Below are positions 37,386 through 51,351 of a DNA stretch of 64,000 bases, one piece after another. The notes below the pieces were generated by a model. The model saw nothing but the letters and a program-made list of their open reading frames with translations, made no database searches and had not been told where the DNA came from. The translations under genes and the position numbers were made by a program. The stretch's first letter is position 1. Every line of letters begins with the position of its first letter. This DNA is from Takakia lepidozioides (taxonomy: Eukaryota; Plantae; Bryophyta), in assembly GCA_030704615.1 (NCBI GenBank), contig CM060732.1, positions 22,754,001-22,818,000 of the forward strand, given 5' to 3'.

Positions 37386-40300
37386 ATGGCTCCGAATTCC
37401 TACGCTATAGTTTGCTGTCCTCCACAACTTGGGAGAGCCTGGATCCCAAACGAGGGAGGACTTTGCAGAGTGACTGAAACTTACCTTTGTTCCAAATTCA
37501 AGCTCAAACCGGGCACAGTTTATTTGGAAGAAGAAAGGAAGGATGTTCCTAGACAGGTTGACGAGACCATTGTCGTGCTAGGTAACGACGGAGGTTGCGG
37601 AATCGAATGGCACGTTCCCCCATCAGACACCATCCTGTACCAAGCTGTGGGAATGCCCATTCCCTTTCCGAATCAGTCGCTGCCCACACCATCCACAAAG
37701 GAGTCCGGAAACCGAGAGGCGGCCACTGCCAACAGAGAGGTATGCAACGATAATCATTCCCGACCTGGACTGTCAAGACCCTCCATAGCTTCTCGTGTGG
37801 ACGTATTCGACATTTCCGACGAGGAAGATGATTGCATTGAGGTACCCATGTCCTCCACACGGTCGTTCAAATCCGGCATGGACGTCTCTGTAGGTGCTAC
37901 GCATGTGCCCTCAAGCATAACTCCAACCCGGTCCATTGTGCAGCTCCTACGACAACATCACCTCGATGGTTCTCGCTCCGAGCTGGCTGCTCTCGACTAT
38001 GCCAAATTCCCAGTCAGAAAGGTAACGTTTCTGCCTCCCGAAGTTGATGGCAATGTCATCTTCGAGTTTCCACCTGTTTCTTCGTCAAACAAAGCCTCCG
38101 GGATGTTAACAGACATGGATCGAAAGCATGACGGACACCCCTGGTGTGTGACGAAGACCAGTAGCACGAAAATTGCTGATGGTGTTCGTGTACGATATGT
38201 CCTCTGTGCGGGGAAGCTGAGGTGCCTCAATCCCACCTGCTTCCACTTTCTCTCCAAAGGAGGGCGGAGAAACGAGACGGATTGGACTGGCACAACGCAT
38301 CATCCATTCATTGTCTCCAGCCAAGCTCCTGCGGGTTCTTTCAAGTGTGCACATTGCAAAGAACCACCGACGTGCATGTCCATGTGCAGAGCCAAGCAAT
38401 ATTACGTTATCCATTTGCTCCCGGACTTGACTAGAGCTTGCATACACGTTGGGGTCCACTGCCATCCCTTGGCGAGAGGCAACATGCGTGAGGCTGTGCA
38501 GGAAGCACACGACATCATAAAAGAGGAGGTGAAATTGAGCCCCGGAGCCAGACCAAAGCAGATTCAGCTGAAGGCAGCCCACAAGATTGCTCTTGGCAAA
38601 ATCATGTCTGAAGATGGTTCCGACCGAGAGCCCTTGACCGAAGACGAGATGCGTGACCTCTTGGAGTCCGTCTCGCACGTTTGTAGTCCGAATGTGCGGA
38701 ATCACATCGTATCTTGCAAGCAGGAGTTCGGCAGGGGGTCGGACATGTACTCAATCCTGGAGGTGAAACGAATGACTGGATATGACTACATCCAAGGTAG
38801 CAGGTTTCCAGGGCAAGGCAGCGAATCCGATTGTTGTTACATTTTCAAAATGTCGACGTGTGGGCCTGGGAGTGGAGTCGACTTGGTCACTCGCATGACA
38901 ACTGGAAACTTGTCGAATGCTTGGGTGATGTTTGATCACATCAAGCGAATTACAAACCATCAGTGGGTGACTATGGGTGCGCATGTTTATGACTATCACT
39001 CCAAGAGGCTCATGACGATTGCAATCTGCGAGATGAAAGGGGAGGACACACAGTCCGAGATGCATCTGTGGGAGGGCATAAACGAGCAGATGGCAAGGGC
39101 GGGATTGCCAAAGCCCAATTTCAGGGGATTCATGGCAGACAACGCTCAGGCCAACTGGGCAGCGGTGCGGCGTGTATACGGTGAGGACCCCAATGTTCCA
39201 ATGGAGGGGAAAGAGAGATCCTGTGGATTCCATTGGATGCAGAGTCTATCCCACTACACTACCAAATTTGTTGCTAGCTCATTCCAGGCTGAACACCGTG
39301 TCCTTTGTACGGCGTGGAAGGATGCACCCACATTTGATGACGCGGAGGTTAAGTTTGCTATCATCGAGGCTTGGTGGAACACGTCAGGTGTAGTGGAGAC
39401 AACCAATCTGGGAGCATTGCACAGCTGGTTGGGGTGGTGGCATTTTCGGTATCGACAGTTCGGACAGTACATGCGGGAGGTAGGCTGCTGTCAATTTCGT
39501 TCATTTGTCTTTCTGTTACGGACATTTCGATTGGTCCCTCACCATTGTTTGTGTCCTTCTAGGAGCGGTGCTTGGATTCCGACACGGACATGCCGAACAC
39601 GAATATGGCAGAATCGGTCCACTCCTCCTGGCGAGCGTCTTCTGCCGCACATCTGGTGGACGTAGTGACGGCCACAACGGAGGACATCGACAGAGCACAG
39701 CAAGCCACGTACTACAAGTTCCTGAGCGGCAAACAATGGGGCTTTGGGCCGGACAGGGAGGAATTGTTGGTACGAATAGCTTCGAGGTCCAAGAATCCAG
39801 TGAAATGGGCGACAACATTGCGAGAGAAGATCAAAGGGACGCCTCTGCACCGCAGAGGTGAACACCTAGAGGGGGACGTCCGGACTCGCCCTGTCAGGCG
39901 GAGGATTGAAGAGGAACCCGGGTGCGAAGAGGATTCCTGGAGATCCGACAGGAACATTCGGACAGCACCTCGAGGTCCCGTCATGTTGCCGCACAATGTG
40001 TCTTCCAGCAGTGGAAGCCCAAGAAATTCCAGATCGCCGTCGCCTTCAACCGGGGATTTCGTGCAAAAAATTCCCACCGCTCCCTTGCCCCAGATTCCGC
40101 CTGCTGTTATGCAGTATGGCCAAGCCATTGTGGAGACGACTGTGTCTGCCTCACAGTGGAGAATTGCTCGCACAAAGCCGTCGTTTCGAGGAAGGTGTTC
40201 CGCAATTCGTGTGGATACACGGCAACGTTGTTTAGAGATGATAAGGAGGAATCCAGATGGGGCTGTCCCTGCTCCTACTTTTACATGAAGATTTGTCCAT

Positions 40301-40987
40301 GCAAAGTTTGCGGAGGCGACAACCACCCAGTTCTGGTTCTGCAGGCACGACATTATGACTTGCGTGTATGGAAAGCCCAAGTACGGCATACAAACAATGC
40401 CAGAGGCTCCCCCGGTGTGGCCGGTGGAACCAGGCTGCGATCTGAGTCAGGTTGAGGCCGACGCCCTTACCGCCGCAGGATTTCGGATGGTGCAGCGCAC
40501 TGACGTCCCCAGAGAACCATTTCTGCTTCCACAGCCTCCACCACCGACCCCTGTGAGAGCAAGAACAATGGGACACGACAGCTCTAAGCATCCTACACAC
40601 CGTTGGGGGAAACCGAAGAGGCGGCGACCTCCCTCAAAAGCGAACGAGACAAGGATAGGGAATGCACTTCGGATGAACTGTACAATCCAGAGCTCGACAG
40701 AAGTGCCCCCACCAGGATTCGGGCGTGTGTATCAGATGGCCACGGCGGGCTCAGCTGTTCGCAATGAGGTGTACACCATCACCATTTCAGAATTACCCAC
40801 CTGCAATTGCACCGACTTCCAGATCATGGCGAACAAGGGGGCATCATACTGCCCTTGCAAGCATTTGTACTACGTGTACCTAAAGAGACTCCGTTGTAAT
40901 TCCACAACTCATCACTTCATACATGCACCAGGGTTGAGCCCCCAGGAGGTTCACACTCTTCTGAATATGGATCCAGGGGACCAGTGA
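37386..40987 (+). CDS. Mutator-family DDE transposase with N-terminal Cys/His (WRKY/GCM-like) zinc domain and C-terminal SWIM finger; intron 39480-39562; in-frame TGA at 40286
   Basis: D1 VMFDHIKR, D2 FMADNAQA, CxxH SCGFHW, E in TNMAESVH, SWIM PTCNCTDF..CPCKH. Start inferred from conservation with element C. Confidence 0.9.
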
Positions 40988-41838
40988 GCTTGGCTTGCGG
41001 TCCCAATACAATGGTACGCCCATCCTTTTCGGATAGTAGAACTGTACTGCTGCCAGTACCTCAAACTCTGGCCACAGAAAGGTCCGACATATGTCTTGCC
41101 TACCAGTAACCTGTTTTGCTCGAACTAAGATATTACTATATCGTTCACTTGTTTCCACGTGCATGTATTTTTGTATGTTGGAGGGTTCATGTTTTTCTGC
41201 TTTCCAAAAACTTGCTTTCCTCATTCGACCTCCGACAAGGAAATGCGGCGCCGCATTTCCAAGTATCGTCGTAGGTACTGGTAGAGGCGGCCTTCGCCAA
41301 CACCAAACCGCTCCGAAATTTCGCACGTGCGAACCCTAATGCGGCACCTTATTTCCCAGTTCAGTTGCAAACCTTTCCCGCCGAATACCCGAAGAAGACA
41401 GAATTGTGAAGTACTGCAGACTGTATTGGTGCAGACTCCATTGGTTCAATCGCGGCAAAAGGGTCAGCTTCATTCCAATGTTAAGGCATGTAAAACCGCG
41501 GAATACTCTATACAGGCCAGTATGCGACGTCCTTTTGCAGTGGTATACTGGATTTCCCGTTGCACGGTCACTTATTTCCATGAGCGGATCTATAAAACCA
41601 TGAGCGGACTTGTTACTGACGACATATCTTCGCCGCATTACATGATCTGGAACGTCCAAAAACGGCAAGGTCAAATAAAAAACTATTATTTTAATACTTG
41701 TTTAATCTGCCGCATTTCCAAATTTGGAGGAGTCCGCTCATGAAATCCGCGTATCTTAGACTTCGGCTCACCGCTCATGCGGCTCATGCGGCTCATGGCT
41801 CATGGCTCATGGTTTCTGCTCATGAAATAGTAAACCTC

Positions 41839-42345
41839 CATCTTTGCTTCCGATCTTCCTCTCCCCCCGATCTCCTCTCATGCCTGACCCAGAAGTCCTC
41901 CTCCGAATAATAATCATCCTCCCAAAATGCCCTGCTTCTCCCTTTATCTTCCTACCCGTGGCTCTAACCGTTTCCCTCACTAACCGTCGTCCGTGAACTA
42001 ACATGTTCCATTTGCAGGTGTTGTTCCCCACAGTCGTTCCTTGTCCTGCTCTCCGTTCCCTATGGTCGTGACAGCTGTGTCAAGCTGTGACTGGCTGTGT
42101 GAAACTGTGACGGGCTGTGACGGGCTGTGACTGGCTGTGCGACTGTGTTTGGCTGTGTCGGGCTGTGACTGGCTGTGTGGCTGTGTCTGCTGTGACGACT
42201 GTGACGGGCTGTGTTGGCTGTGTAACCCCCCTCTACAGTGCGCTGCTGTCACCCCTAAGGCTTCTGTTGGTCTCAGTCTGTGCAAAAATTAAGGGTACCC
42301 TACAGATCCCGTATAAGTGTCTAAGTCCCCGACAGTCCTCTAACA
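41839..42345 (-). repeat. 5' LTR part of the family-1 copy, itself inserted into the 3' LTR of another copy
   Basis: Begins TGTTAGAGGACTG at 42345 (minus); homologous to 2882-3520. Confidence 0.85.
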
Positions 42346-42574
42346 GGGCTGTGTCGGACTGTGACGGGCTGTGTCGACTGTGACGGGCTGTGTTGGCTGT
42401 GACGGGCTGTGTCGACTGTGACGGGCCGTGTAACCCCCCCCCCCCTAAAGTGCGCTGCTGTCACCCCTAAGGCTCCTGTTGGTCTCAGTCTGTGCAAAAA
42501 TTAAGGGTACCCCACAGATCCCGTAAAAGTGCCTAAGTCCCAGACAGTCCTCTAACATTACCCCTTCCCCTCTC
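42346..42574 (-). repeat. PPT (42558-42574) and start of the 3' LTR (42557 downward) of family-1 copy 3
   Basis: GAGAGGGGAAGGGGTAA followed by TGTTAGAGGACTG. Confidence 0.85.
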
Positions 42575-42595
42575 AAAAAGCCGTGTCCTCACGGT

Positions 42596-44165
42596 TTACT
42601 GTTTGGGATTTGTAACCCTTTGTGAGCGAGCACCCTTCTGACAGTTAGAATCTCGTGAAGGACTCCGTGTGCGAGCCCGTGTCCTGTCACTGGTTGAGGG
42701 AGATGATTGAACACTACCTGGATATGTCAGTCCCTCTGGAGGCTGATATCGAGGTAATCTCTCAGGCATAGGAGACCCCCGTCGCTTCTGCTCTGCCATC
42801 TGAATTGCATAGTCCTCTGCCATGTCAAAGGAGACCGCTGAAGAAACAGTTGTATCAGAATCGTCGTCCCCCCTGAGGTGTTTTAACTGTCGAACTTTAA
42901 CTGGAATTCTCTGGGGCATACAATGTTGTCCCACCATGTCTGGAAGTTAAAACTGTAAAACTTGTTGTAAGCGCTGAATTGCAAAATTGGTGAAGACCCT
43001 GAGCTCCTTGTCTGTCCAGGTGAGTGGGGTACCAATGACTTGTGAATTGTGCAAATATTTCCATGCCTCATGTCCCTTAAAGAAAATATCGTCAGACCCG
43101 AATTTCTGTGTTGACAAATTGTTCCAGGCCGCATGAAACCATGAACGAATCTGAGAATCCTTTTGCATCATAACTTTTGCCTCATATTGGTACATATGAG
43201 GTGGCACTGAAGGTAAGACCCAATGATCCCCACTGGAATAACTCAAAAAGCGCGTTTGCATCTTCTGCTGCTCAATGTGATAACGTACCAGAAAACAAGC
43301 AGCGTAGTATAACCCGCAGCCCATGACAATACTTGCTACCTCTTTGGTCTTGGTATAAATGAATCCATGTACAACTTGGAAGGCAATTAATTCCTTCAAC
43401 ATGGTACTTGCCTCATGCCAGTACTGCGCAAAGTCGATTGTTCGGAAGAACTTTAGTCCTAGTTGCCACTGGCAGCCAAATGCGCATGATTTGATAGTAA
43501 TGTGCCAACGACTGCGGAGGACTAAATTCCTTCCAAGCCAAATCCAACACAATTGGAATTTGGTTGAAGGGCATAATCATAGCCCGACTGTACTCCCGTG
43601 CAGCAGGAGTTTTAGGTGGGTTAAAAGCAGCATTCCCCCATACCTCAGGCTGTGGTGGCTGTGGTGTGGCTGTAGTAACAACAGGGTCAGCTACTGTTAC
43701 AGTGACTTGTGGTGGATTTGGTGGCACTGGCTCTTGTACCATTGGCATCTCCTGCACCCCCTGCGAAGAAGACTGAAAAGCCAAAGTTATGGCTTGTAAA
43801 TAAGAAGCCATCAGCTGTTCCTCAGGTACAAAGACTCTCTTGTCGATATTTGAAGTGAGGTCCTCCACCTGAGTCTGCAGGCCGTCTACATCCTCCTGTA
43901 ACTCCGCTATCCTACTATAGACATTGTCTATAGTAGTTGTGGCAATGTTCTGCACTTGCAGTCTGAGGTCATTCATCTCGCTTTGGGTGAGCTTTCGTGG
44001 TGCTTTGCCCTCCACCGGCCCTTGTGCTAACCAGACCTGCATAAGGTGACTTGTCATCTTTCTTGATGACACCTGTTCTTGCACTTCCTTCTCAGCTGTG
44101 TGTCGCGCCCTGACTTCCACGTGTCCATTTCTAAACTGGCTTCCGTCCTTTCTTCCGCCGGCCAT
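42596..44165 (-). pseudogene. Extra sense ORF between pol and PPT (~500 aa once a frameshift and stop are repaired; coiled coil plus globular part; unknown function)
   Basis: Three consecutive ORF pieces: 43413-44165, 42947-43552, 42596-42937. Confidence 0.55.
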
Positions 44166-44219
44166 TTCCCTGAAGTTATCCTGCGTCCACCTGTCACTGA
44201 TTCTATGGATTGTGTAACC

Positions 44220-44390
44220 CTAGTAGGCTGTGTCATACTGTGGTACGTTGTGATAGGCTGTGTTGCACTGTGGTAAGCTGTGATAGGCTGTATTGCGCCG
44301 TGCTGGGCTGTGATATGTTGTGTCGCGCAGTGCTGGGCTGTGATAGGCTGTGTTGCGCCGTTCTGGACTGTGATGGGCTGTGTCGCGCTT
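44220..44390. repeat. 30-bp tandem repeat downstream of integrase
   Basis: GTGATAGGCTGTGTTGC.. units, about 6 copies, similar in composition to the LTR minisatellite. Confidence 0.85.
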
Positions 44391-44489
44391 GTTCTGCCCA
44401 CCCTGGTCATATATGCTCGGCCTAGCGACAAGTGCTCCATACTTCGTTTGTATCACTGGCGCAGCCCGTGACTGCTTTTGCGTTTCAAC

Positions 44490-47400
44490 ATGCACATAAT
44501 GCTGCAATGGTTTGTCATGGATACCACTGTACCCCTTCAACTTATTGGCATTGACTCTTCCCAGCATCTCTTTGTTAATGGTTTGTAACATGGCGGTGTT
44601 GTTATCATACATCTTCTGTATGACATAAGGTCCTTTCCACGGCGATTTAAGCTTAGAAGCTTTAATCTTTCCCTTCTTCTGCAACCAGAGAACCAAATCT
44701 CCCGTCTTAAAAGTTTTTATCTTGCCTTCATCAAACTGTTCCTTTCTCTTCATCTGAATTCTGGTCATGTTATCAGCTGCATCAGCACGTACTTCTTCCA
44801 CATGGTATAATTCATGTTTCCTGACCTTAATTGAATCTTGCAATTCCATTCTCTTTCTCCATTCAGTTCTCATGGTAGGTAACAGGAATTCCACTGGAAG
44901 TAAAGCTTCCATACCATAAACTAATTGGAATGGTGTATACTTAGTGGTGACTTTATATGAAGTCCTGTATGACCACAAAGCTGTCAGCAGCTTTGTATCC
45001 CAATCCATTCTGTTTGCATTGACTATCTTAGCCAAGATAGTACATAGTATTTTGTTGGTAGCCTCTGCCTGCCCATTACCCTGTGGGTAATATGGTATAC
45101 TCTTCCTATGCACAATCAGGAACTCTTTAGTCAATAATTCAATGGTCTCATTAATGAAGTGACTTCCCTGATCACTGATAAATTCCAAGGGACAGCCAAA
45201 TCGTGTAAGTATGTTCTCATACAGGAACCTTGCTGTGGACTTGGCTGTGTTGTCCCTCAAAACTTTAGCTTCCACCCACTTCGTAGTACAATCAGTGGCT
45301 GTAATTATGTACTTGTTCTATGTATTCTTGGCTGGTGGGTTAATTGGTCCAACAAAGTCTAGTCCCCATTTCTGAAATGGTTCCGTAGGCATTGTAGGAT
45401 GTAAAGCCATCTTCCCATATCTCTGCAAAGGTCCTAGTCGCTGACATTCATCACAACTCTGACAATACTTGTGTACATCTTTGAACAAAGTAGGCCACCA
45501 GTAACCTGCATGTAGTATCTTCCTACTGGTAGTCTCTTCTCCAAAATGACCTCCTGCCACTCCTTTATGAACTTCCTCCAAAACTTTCTTAACTTCATGG
45601 TGGTATAAGCATCGCTTCAGCACTCCATCTGGTCCTAGCTTATACATTCTGCTCCCTACCATAGTGTAAGGTAGAGCCTTGATAGCTATTCTCTTTCTCT
45701 GCTCCTTTCCATAACTTGGTGGGCACTGACCATGAGCAAGGTAGTATCTGATTGGCCACTGCCAATCTAGCCAGTCATCTGCACTTCCCTGCATCTCCAC
45801 TGCAAATAGACTCGCATCTGGTAATTGATCATCTACTCCCGTGGCTGGTTCTCCTGTTGATAACCGTGACAAGTGATCCGCCACAAGATGCAGCCTCCCA
45901 GGCTTGTAAACAACCTCGAACTCAAACTCGTGCAAGATTATCAACCATCTTGCTATTCTTCCGCTTATCAGAGGTTTGTTTACCAGGTATATCAGAGCCT
46001 GGTGATCCACATAGAACATAAACTTCTTGCCCAACAGGTAATGCCTGAATTTCTTCACTACATAGATCATTGCCCATGCTTCTCTTTCCGTTGTGCTATA
46101 ATTTCTTTCAGCATTGTTCATCAATCGGCTAGCATAGTACACAGGTGAATCTATCCTTCCTGTAACATTTTGGGCTAACACTGCTCCTAGTGCTTCTCCA
46201 GAAGCATCACAGTGAACATGAAATATTTCCTGCCAGTGAGGATTAATCACCACAGGTGTAGTTGTTACTGACACTGTAAGTTCCTCAAAAGCCTGTTGAC
46301 ATTCAAGTGTTCATGCAAACACTGCATCTTTCTTCAAAAGTTTGTTCAATGGTGCTGCTATCTGTGCATACCGTCTGACAAATCTTCTGTAATAGCTGGT
46401 TTGTCCAAGGAATCTCCTTAGACTCTTAACATTCACTGGTGGTGGAGAGGCTTTAATGGCCTCTGTTTTCCTGGGATCCACAAGAAGTCCCCTCTTACAC
46501 ACAATGTGTCCCAGAAGCACCCCTGAGTTCACACAGAAAGTACACTTCTCTGGATTCAGGCCCAGACCTCTCATCCTGCATCTGGCCAGACATAACTCCA
46601 ATTTATGCAAGTGCTCATTCTTAGAGCTGTACACACTGAAATAATCTAAGAACACCTGCATGAAATCATCCAGATACTCATGAAAAGATTCACTTATCAC
46701 TCTCTGAAAGGTTGCTGGTGCATTACAAAGTCCAAAGGGCATGACTTTGTATGCATAAGCACCCCAGTCTATGATGAAAGCTGTCTTTCCTTGGTCGTCT
46801 TCTGCCACTTGCACTTGATTATAACCACTGAAGCCATCCATGAATGAGTACATCTCATGGCCTGCCACAGTGTCCAATACTGCTTCTATGAATGGCAAAG
46901 GGAAAGGATCTTTCTTCATACAAGCATTCAGCTTCTTGTAGTTCACACAAACTCTTAGTTTACCATTCTTCTTGGGAATTATCACAATGGGTGACAACCA
47001 AGTTGTATACTCTATTGGGTATATAAACTTAGCCTCAGCCAACTTCTTGATCTCTTCTCCAACCTTTTGTGCATAGTTGGGATTCATTATGTACCTTGCC
47101 TGCTTGATTGGTACTGATCCTGGTTCCAATTCAATCTTATGCTGACAGATTTCAGGTGGTATCCCTTTTAGATCCTCATAGCTCCAAGCAAATACATCTC
47201 TGTATTTGATGAACAAACTCTTAGCTTCTTCAAAGAATTCTGGCTCCAATTCAGCTCCTACCTTCACCATCCTCGGTTCCTCTTCAGTTCCCACATTCAC
47301 TTCCCTCACCTGCTCATCAGCTGTGATTGTCCAACCAGTCACCATTTCATCCTGTAAACTCACAGTGGCTGGTTCCTCTAGGATTTCCATTTCTCCTTCT

Positions 47401-48375
47401 CTTTCTTCATAGAAATGTGATGGGTAACTGCTGGTTTCCTCTTCAATTGGTGTTGCTGACACTACACCACAGCAGATACCTCTTAAACAACTTAGGCCTT
47501 CCAGCCGCATCTCTGCAACCTGCTCCCACTCTGGTGTGCAGCAAACAGGGTAGCTTCCTGCTCCTCATCCAGTCCTCCTCTCCAGTCATACTCTCTGACC
47601 CCTCGAGGTCTTCTCGTAGCAGGTAATCTACTAGATTTCTTTGTGGTAATTTGTATCTCGTGCATCCCATTATGCACGGTTAGTAACTGAGAATTCCAGT
47701 CATGGAATACCCTGGCGTGTTTCAGCCACGGACGTCCCAATAATAAGGAGTAAGCCTCCATGACTTCATCCATCTTCAACACAGTTACTGTGATCATAAA
47801 GATCATTTTTTGTATCTGTATCTTAACTCCTCTTATCAATCCCAATGGCTGTACACTCCTTTGATCTGCCATTGTTACTGTAAATGGGGCTGGTTTCATG
47901 TTACTTAGACCAAGCTTCTTTCTTAATTGGTCTGTCATGATATTTACTCCAGAGCCTCCATCTATAAGTACATCAGTTAGTTCTGTGCTTCCAATTCTCA
48001 ATTGGATTACTGGCATAGAATCATCAAAGTCCATGACTGGTTCTCGCCCTTCCGGCTTCACATTATAACTGGTCACCTTGCTGTTCAGGTCTGTGTTTCC
48101 TGTCTCCTGGGCAATTCGATTGATTGCTTGATACAGCCTGTGTCTACAATAAGGTGCCACAGCCAATAGCTGTCCAATGGTAATCTCTGCTTTGGTCTGG
48201 CATATTACTTCAGCCAAAGTCCCTTCATTACTTTGCATGTGTGCATCTTCTTTCTTCCTTTCATCCTCACTCACTTCTTCTTCTCCATCAGAATAAGAGG
48301 AATCTGCCACAGGAATATCAGTACTCTTCTGCAATTCCCTTATGGTATCTGCCACTTCCTTGTGCAGTTCCTTCT
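44490..48375 (-). pseudogene. pol: Family-1 copy 3 pol: PR-RT-RH-integrase, with stops and frameshifts; continues at 58511-58697
   Basis: PFQKWGLDFVGPI, ISDQGSHF, YPQGNGQAE, WKGPY; RT motif mutated to FLDYF. Confidence 0.95.
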
Positions 48376-48611
48376 GGGGGCTGCTATTTCATGAGCAGCA
48401 TGAGCATGAGCGGCATGAGCATGAGCGGAAAAAAAAAAAGCATGAGCAGACCATTGTGAGTCCATGGAAATAGGGTTAGGAGGCACGGAAATAGGGTCAT
48501 GTGAAGTTGGAATGTGGCACCAATGGACTTGAAATGCAACATTTTATTGCAAATTTTGTGGCAAGCCACGTCTATACAAGTGTGTTCTAACTGTCATAGC
48601 CGGAATGGGCA

Positions 48612-51351
48612 CTACTCTCCTACACCCTCCGAGGAACTTGCCCCACCTTCTTCCTCATCCCCCTCATCCCCCTCATCCCCCTCATCCTCCGAGCTCTGTG
48701 ATGCATCAGTTCCACTATGCCTCTCAAAAATCCCGTCCTCTCCTTGGGGGACTGTCCACCTCACCTCCTGGGAATCTTCTGCGTCTTCTCCCCCACTTTC
48801 CTCAGCAGAGTCCAAGACAAATCTACGAGCCCGACGGGCTCTAATAGCTGCTGCCTCCTCCCTCATCTTCATTTTCTTGAGGCTTGCCTCGTCTAAAATC
48901 TGTTGTACACGACTAGGTTCGGAACACCTCCTAATGGACACCGAAGCAAGCCGGGCAGCATAAGTAGGAAGGATGTACTCCCTTTGAACTGATGTGCTTG
49001 TGTGTCCAGCTGCTCTTGCGCATTCGTTGTCACCTGTGGAGATTCTCCATCAGATCGCTTTCCTGAAAAAATACAATGAATCCACCCCCTACTAGAGTAG
49101 AAGCCCCAAACGAAGCGTGGGGAAGTACCTGAAACCACCATGTCATGCGGTTCATCCACATGTCGAATGTGGGGTCAGAGAGTTTGTCCGGTTTGGGGAA
49201 GCTCCACATGTCCCTAGTACTTTGGGAACCATTCCAGATTTGGAGCCACCGGGTCTGTCCAACCACCCAGCATATTCGTAAGCGCCAAACACCACAAAAA
49301 GGAGTTGTTGCCACCACAATTTGGTTAAGAATGTATCACCTTTTCTGTTGCATCCACACAGGATGTGGCTAGACGATGGAGCTTCTCCAATGTCATCGTG
49401 GGCTTCAGAGCGCGAGAGTAGTGCTTCCCCACCTCCACCAGAAAGTCGGCACCAAGGGCGGGATCAGCTATGGCCACGTACTTTACCATCCGCGACTTGT
49501 ACTTTATGCGGGCCCTCACCTCCGCAGCTTTGACATACGATTCGAGTGCCGGGAGGGTTGGATTCTTCTCCTCTGACTCCATGTAGAACCTCCGCGCATG
49601 TGCCAAATCCTGCTGTATTTTCGTCTGTCAAGAATGCGCACATAAGATTAGAGATCCTGCTCAACACAATTTCTTCTATTGGGGGAGGAGATTAGAAATC
49701 ACGGTGAAGACCTTTTCTTCTATTGGGGGAGGAGAGACAGATTAGCTCAACAAAACTGTCAGGAGCTTTACCCAAAATATGTAGTCCACCATGGCGTCGA
49801 CGCTCAGCCTATACCAGGTTCTGTCTGCCTTTGCCTCCAACTTGCGCAGGAGGTCGGCACTGAGGGAATTGACAAACTCTTGCACCCCCTGCTTCCCGAC
49901 ATCCTTCACTCGGAAGAGCATATGGGACAAGTTGGTGGCAATGAAGGCATTCTCAGTCACCCTGCAGTGCCACATTTCCATCAAACAATACTGAAATGGG
50001 AATTTTCATCATATATGAGGATTCGCAATGAAATGACTTCCAAATTCAAAGTCCAAAAGCGAGAGGCGTTGTAACTTACGAGTTGATGTCCGCCATTGCA
50101 GTTTTGAGAAGACTGCGATCTTTGGGCCCCGCAACCTTCAGCACAACACAATCCACAGCGAAATGCCAATCGAGGTCGTTGGGGTGGGCTTGGGCAATGT
50201 GCTCCATCCATGCCAGGAGGCGATGATTGCCGTCCCACACGTAGAACATCTTACCGGACAAGTGCTGGAAAAGAGGATCACTAGCAATCGATCTCTCGAA
50301 CTCCTCATTTCGCGTTTGCCAATGGGGACCCCATTTGTCCACCTCATCGGAAGTGTGGGCACGGGAAGCTCCATGGTCGTTCGCAATGGAAACGTAAAAC
50401 GCGGCAGACCCCATTCGATATCCATCCCGGAAAGAGAATTTCAGCTTGTCGATATCGCCTGGGAGGGCAGGTCTCACCACCTGTAATGACACCAAGCGGC
50501 AAAGGGGAATTCAAAGCTTGGCCGGGTACACCATGCCCCCTAGCACCCTGCCAATGTTGTTGTGGGTTGCCTCCAACATCTTGGCAGCGGCCAACTTCAT
50601 ATCCGCCTCAGACCTGACGTCTGCTGCAGAGGGGTTTTCCGGCAGCCCACCAGGACCGCCAAATCCAGCCTGTATGCTCCGGGTTTGGGGCCTGGGGATG
50701 TCCGGGAGGATGTCATCCTGGTCAGAAAGCTCCCTGTCGTCCTCCTCAACAGGGTCAGCCACCTGCGAAACCACCTCCAGCACTCTCCCCGTCTCTACTG
50801 CCCTCTCCCTGGCTTCACCTCGAACTTGCACAATCCGTGCTATTTCTGGTGTTCTTTCCTCTCCTCCACTCTCCACCGTATGGGTAATTGCAGGGGCTGC
50901 TCTTGCCCGCGATGGTCTAACCGGTGTGTTGCTGCCTCTTTGTGGTGTCTTGGAGGGATCCACCGTCTCTGTGCGTCCCTCACTTACATGGGAATCTGTC
51001 AGTTCGGAACCCTTGGCCTCTTCAGTGGCCTTTTCTCTTTCCTCCTGGCTAGCCTTTGTGTCTTGCCTGTTCTTTTGCCCTCTCTTTTGCCCTCTCACGG
51101 GCTTTCTGTTTCTTATTAAGGCTAGCAGCAGGGGAGCCCGGATGGACGACCACCTTTGAGGTAGGCGAACTGACACCCTCGCGCGCACTGCGAACTCCCC
51201 CCTCCGCAGCCCGTGATGGCTCTCGCGCCGGGGATTGCACGTGTTTGGCTTTCTTCTTCTTCTTTGCTTGGACGGGCCCTACTGCTTCTGCATCAACAAT
51301 CTCCATTGCCGGATCTGCTGTTCTCACTTCCTCATGCCCTTCACCTGCCAT
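48612..51351 (-). pseudogene. ParB-like cargo gene of element C with internal deletion of the methyltransferase region
   Basis: VRPALPGDIDKLK..MFYVWDGNHRLLAW..AMADINS. The QVTTNAQEQLD exon jumps at ~48980 to the last exon (LPTYAARLA..RWTVPQGEDGIFE). Confidence 0.8.

Larger units (their letters stand above)
30468..41838. mobile_element. Mutator-like element B (left end deleted), inserted in the family-1 LTR/leader
   Basis: Right TIR GCTCATGAAATAGTAAACCTC ends at 41838 and matches element A's left TIR. Contains the transposase, cargo gene and RWNCC pair. Confidence 0.9.

Noticed and set aside
40990-41700. Possible extra small minus-strand gene behind B's transposase (likewise 12800-13240 in A and 51400-52100 in C)
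   Set aside because: No homology among the three elements and no recognisable motif; cannot be supported.
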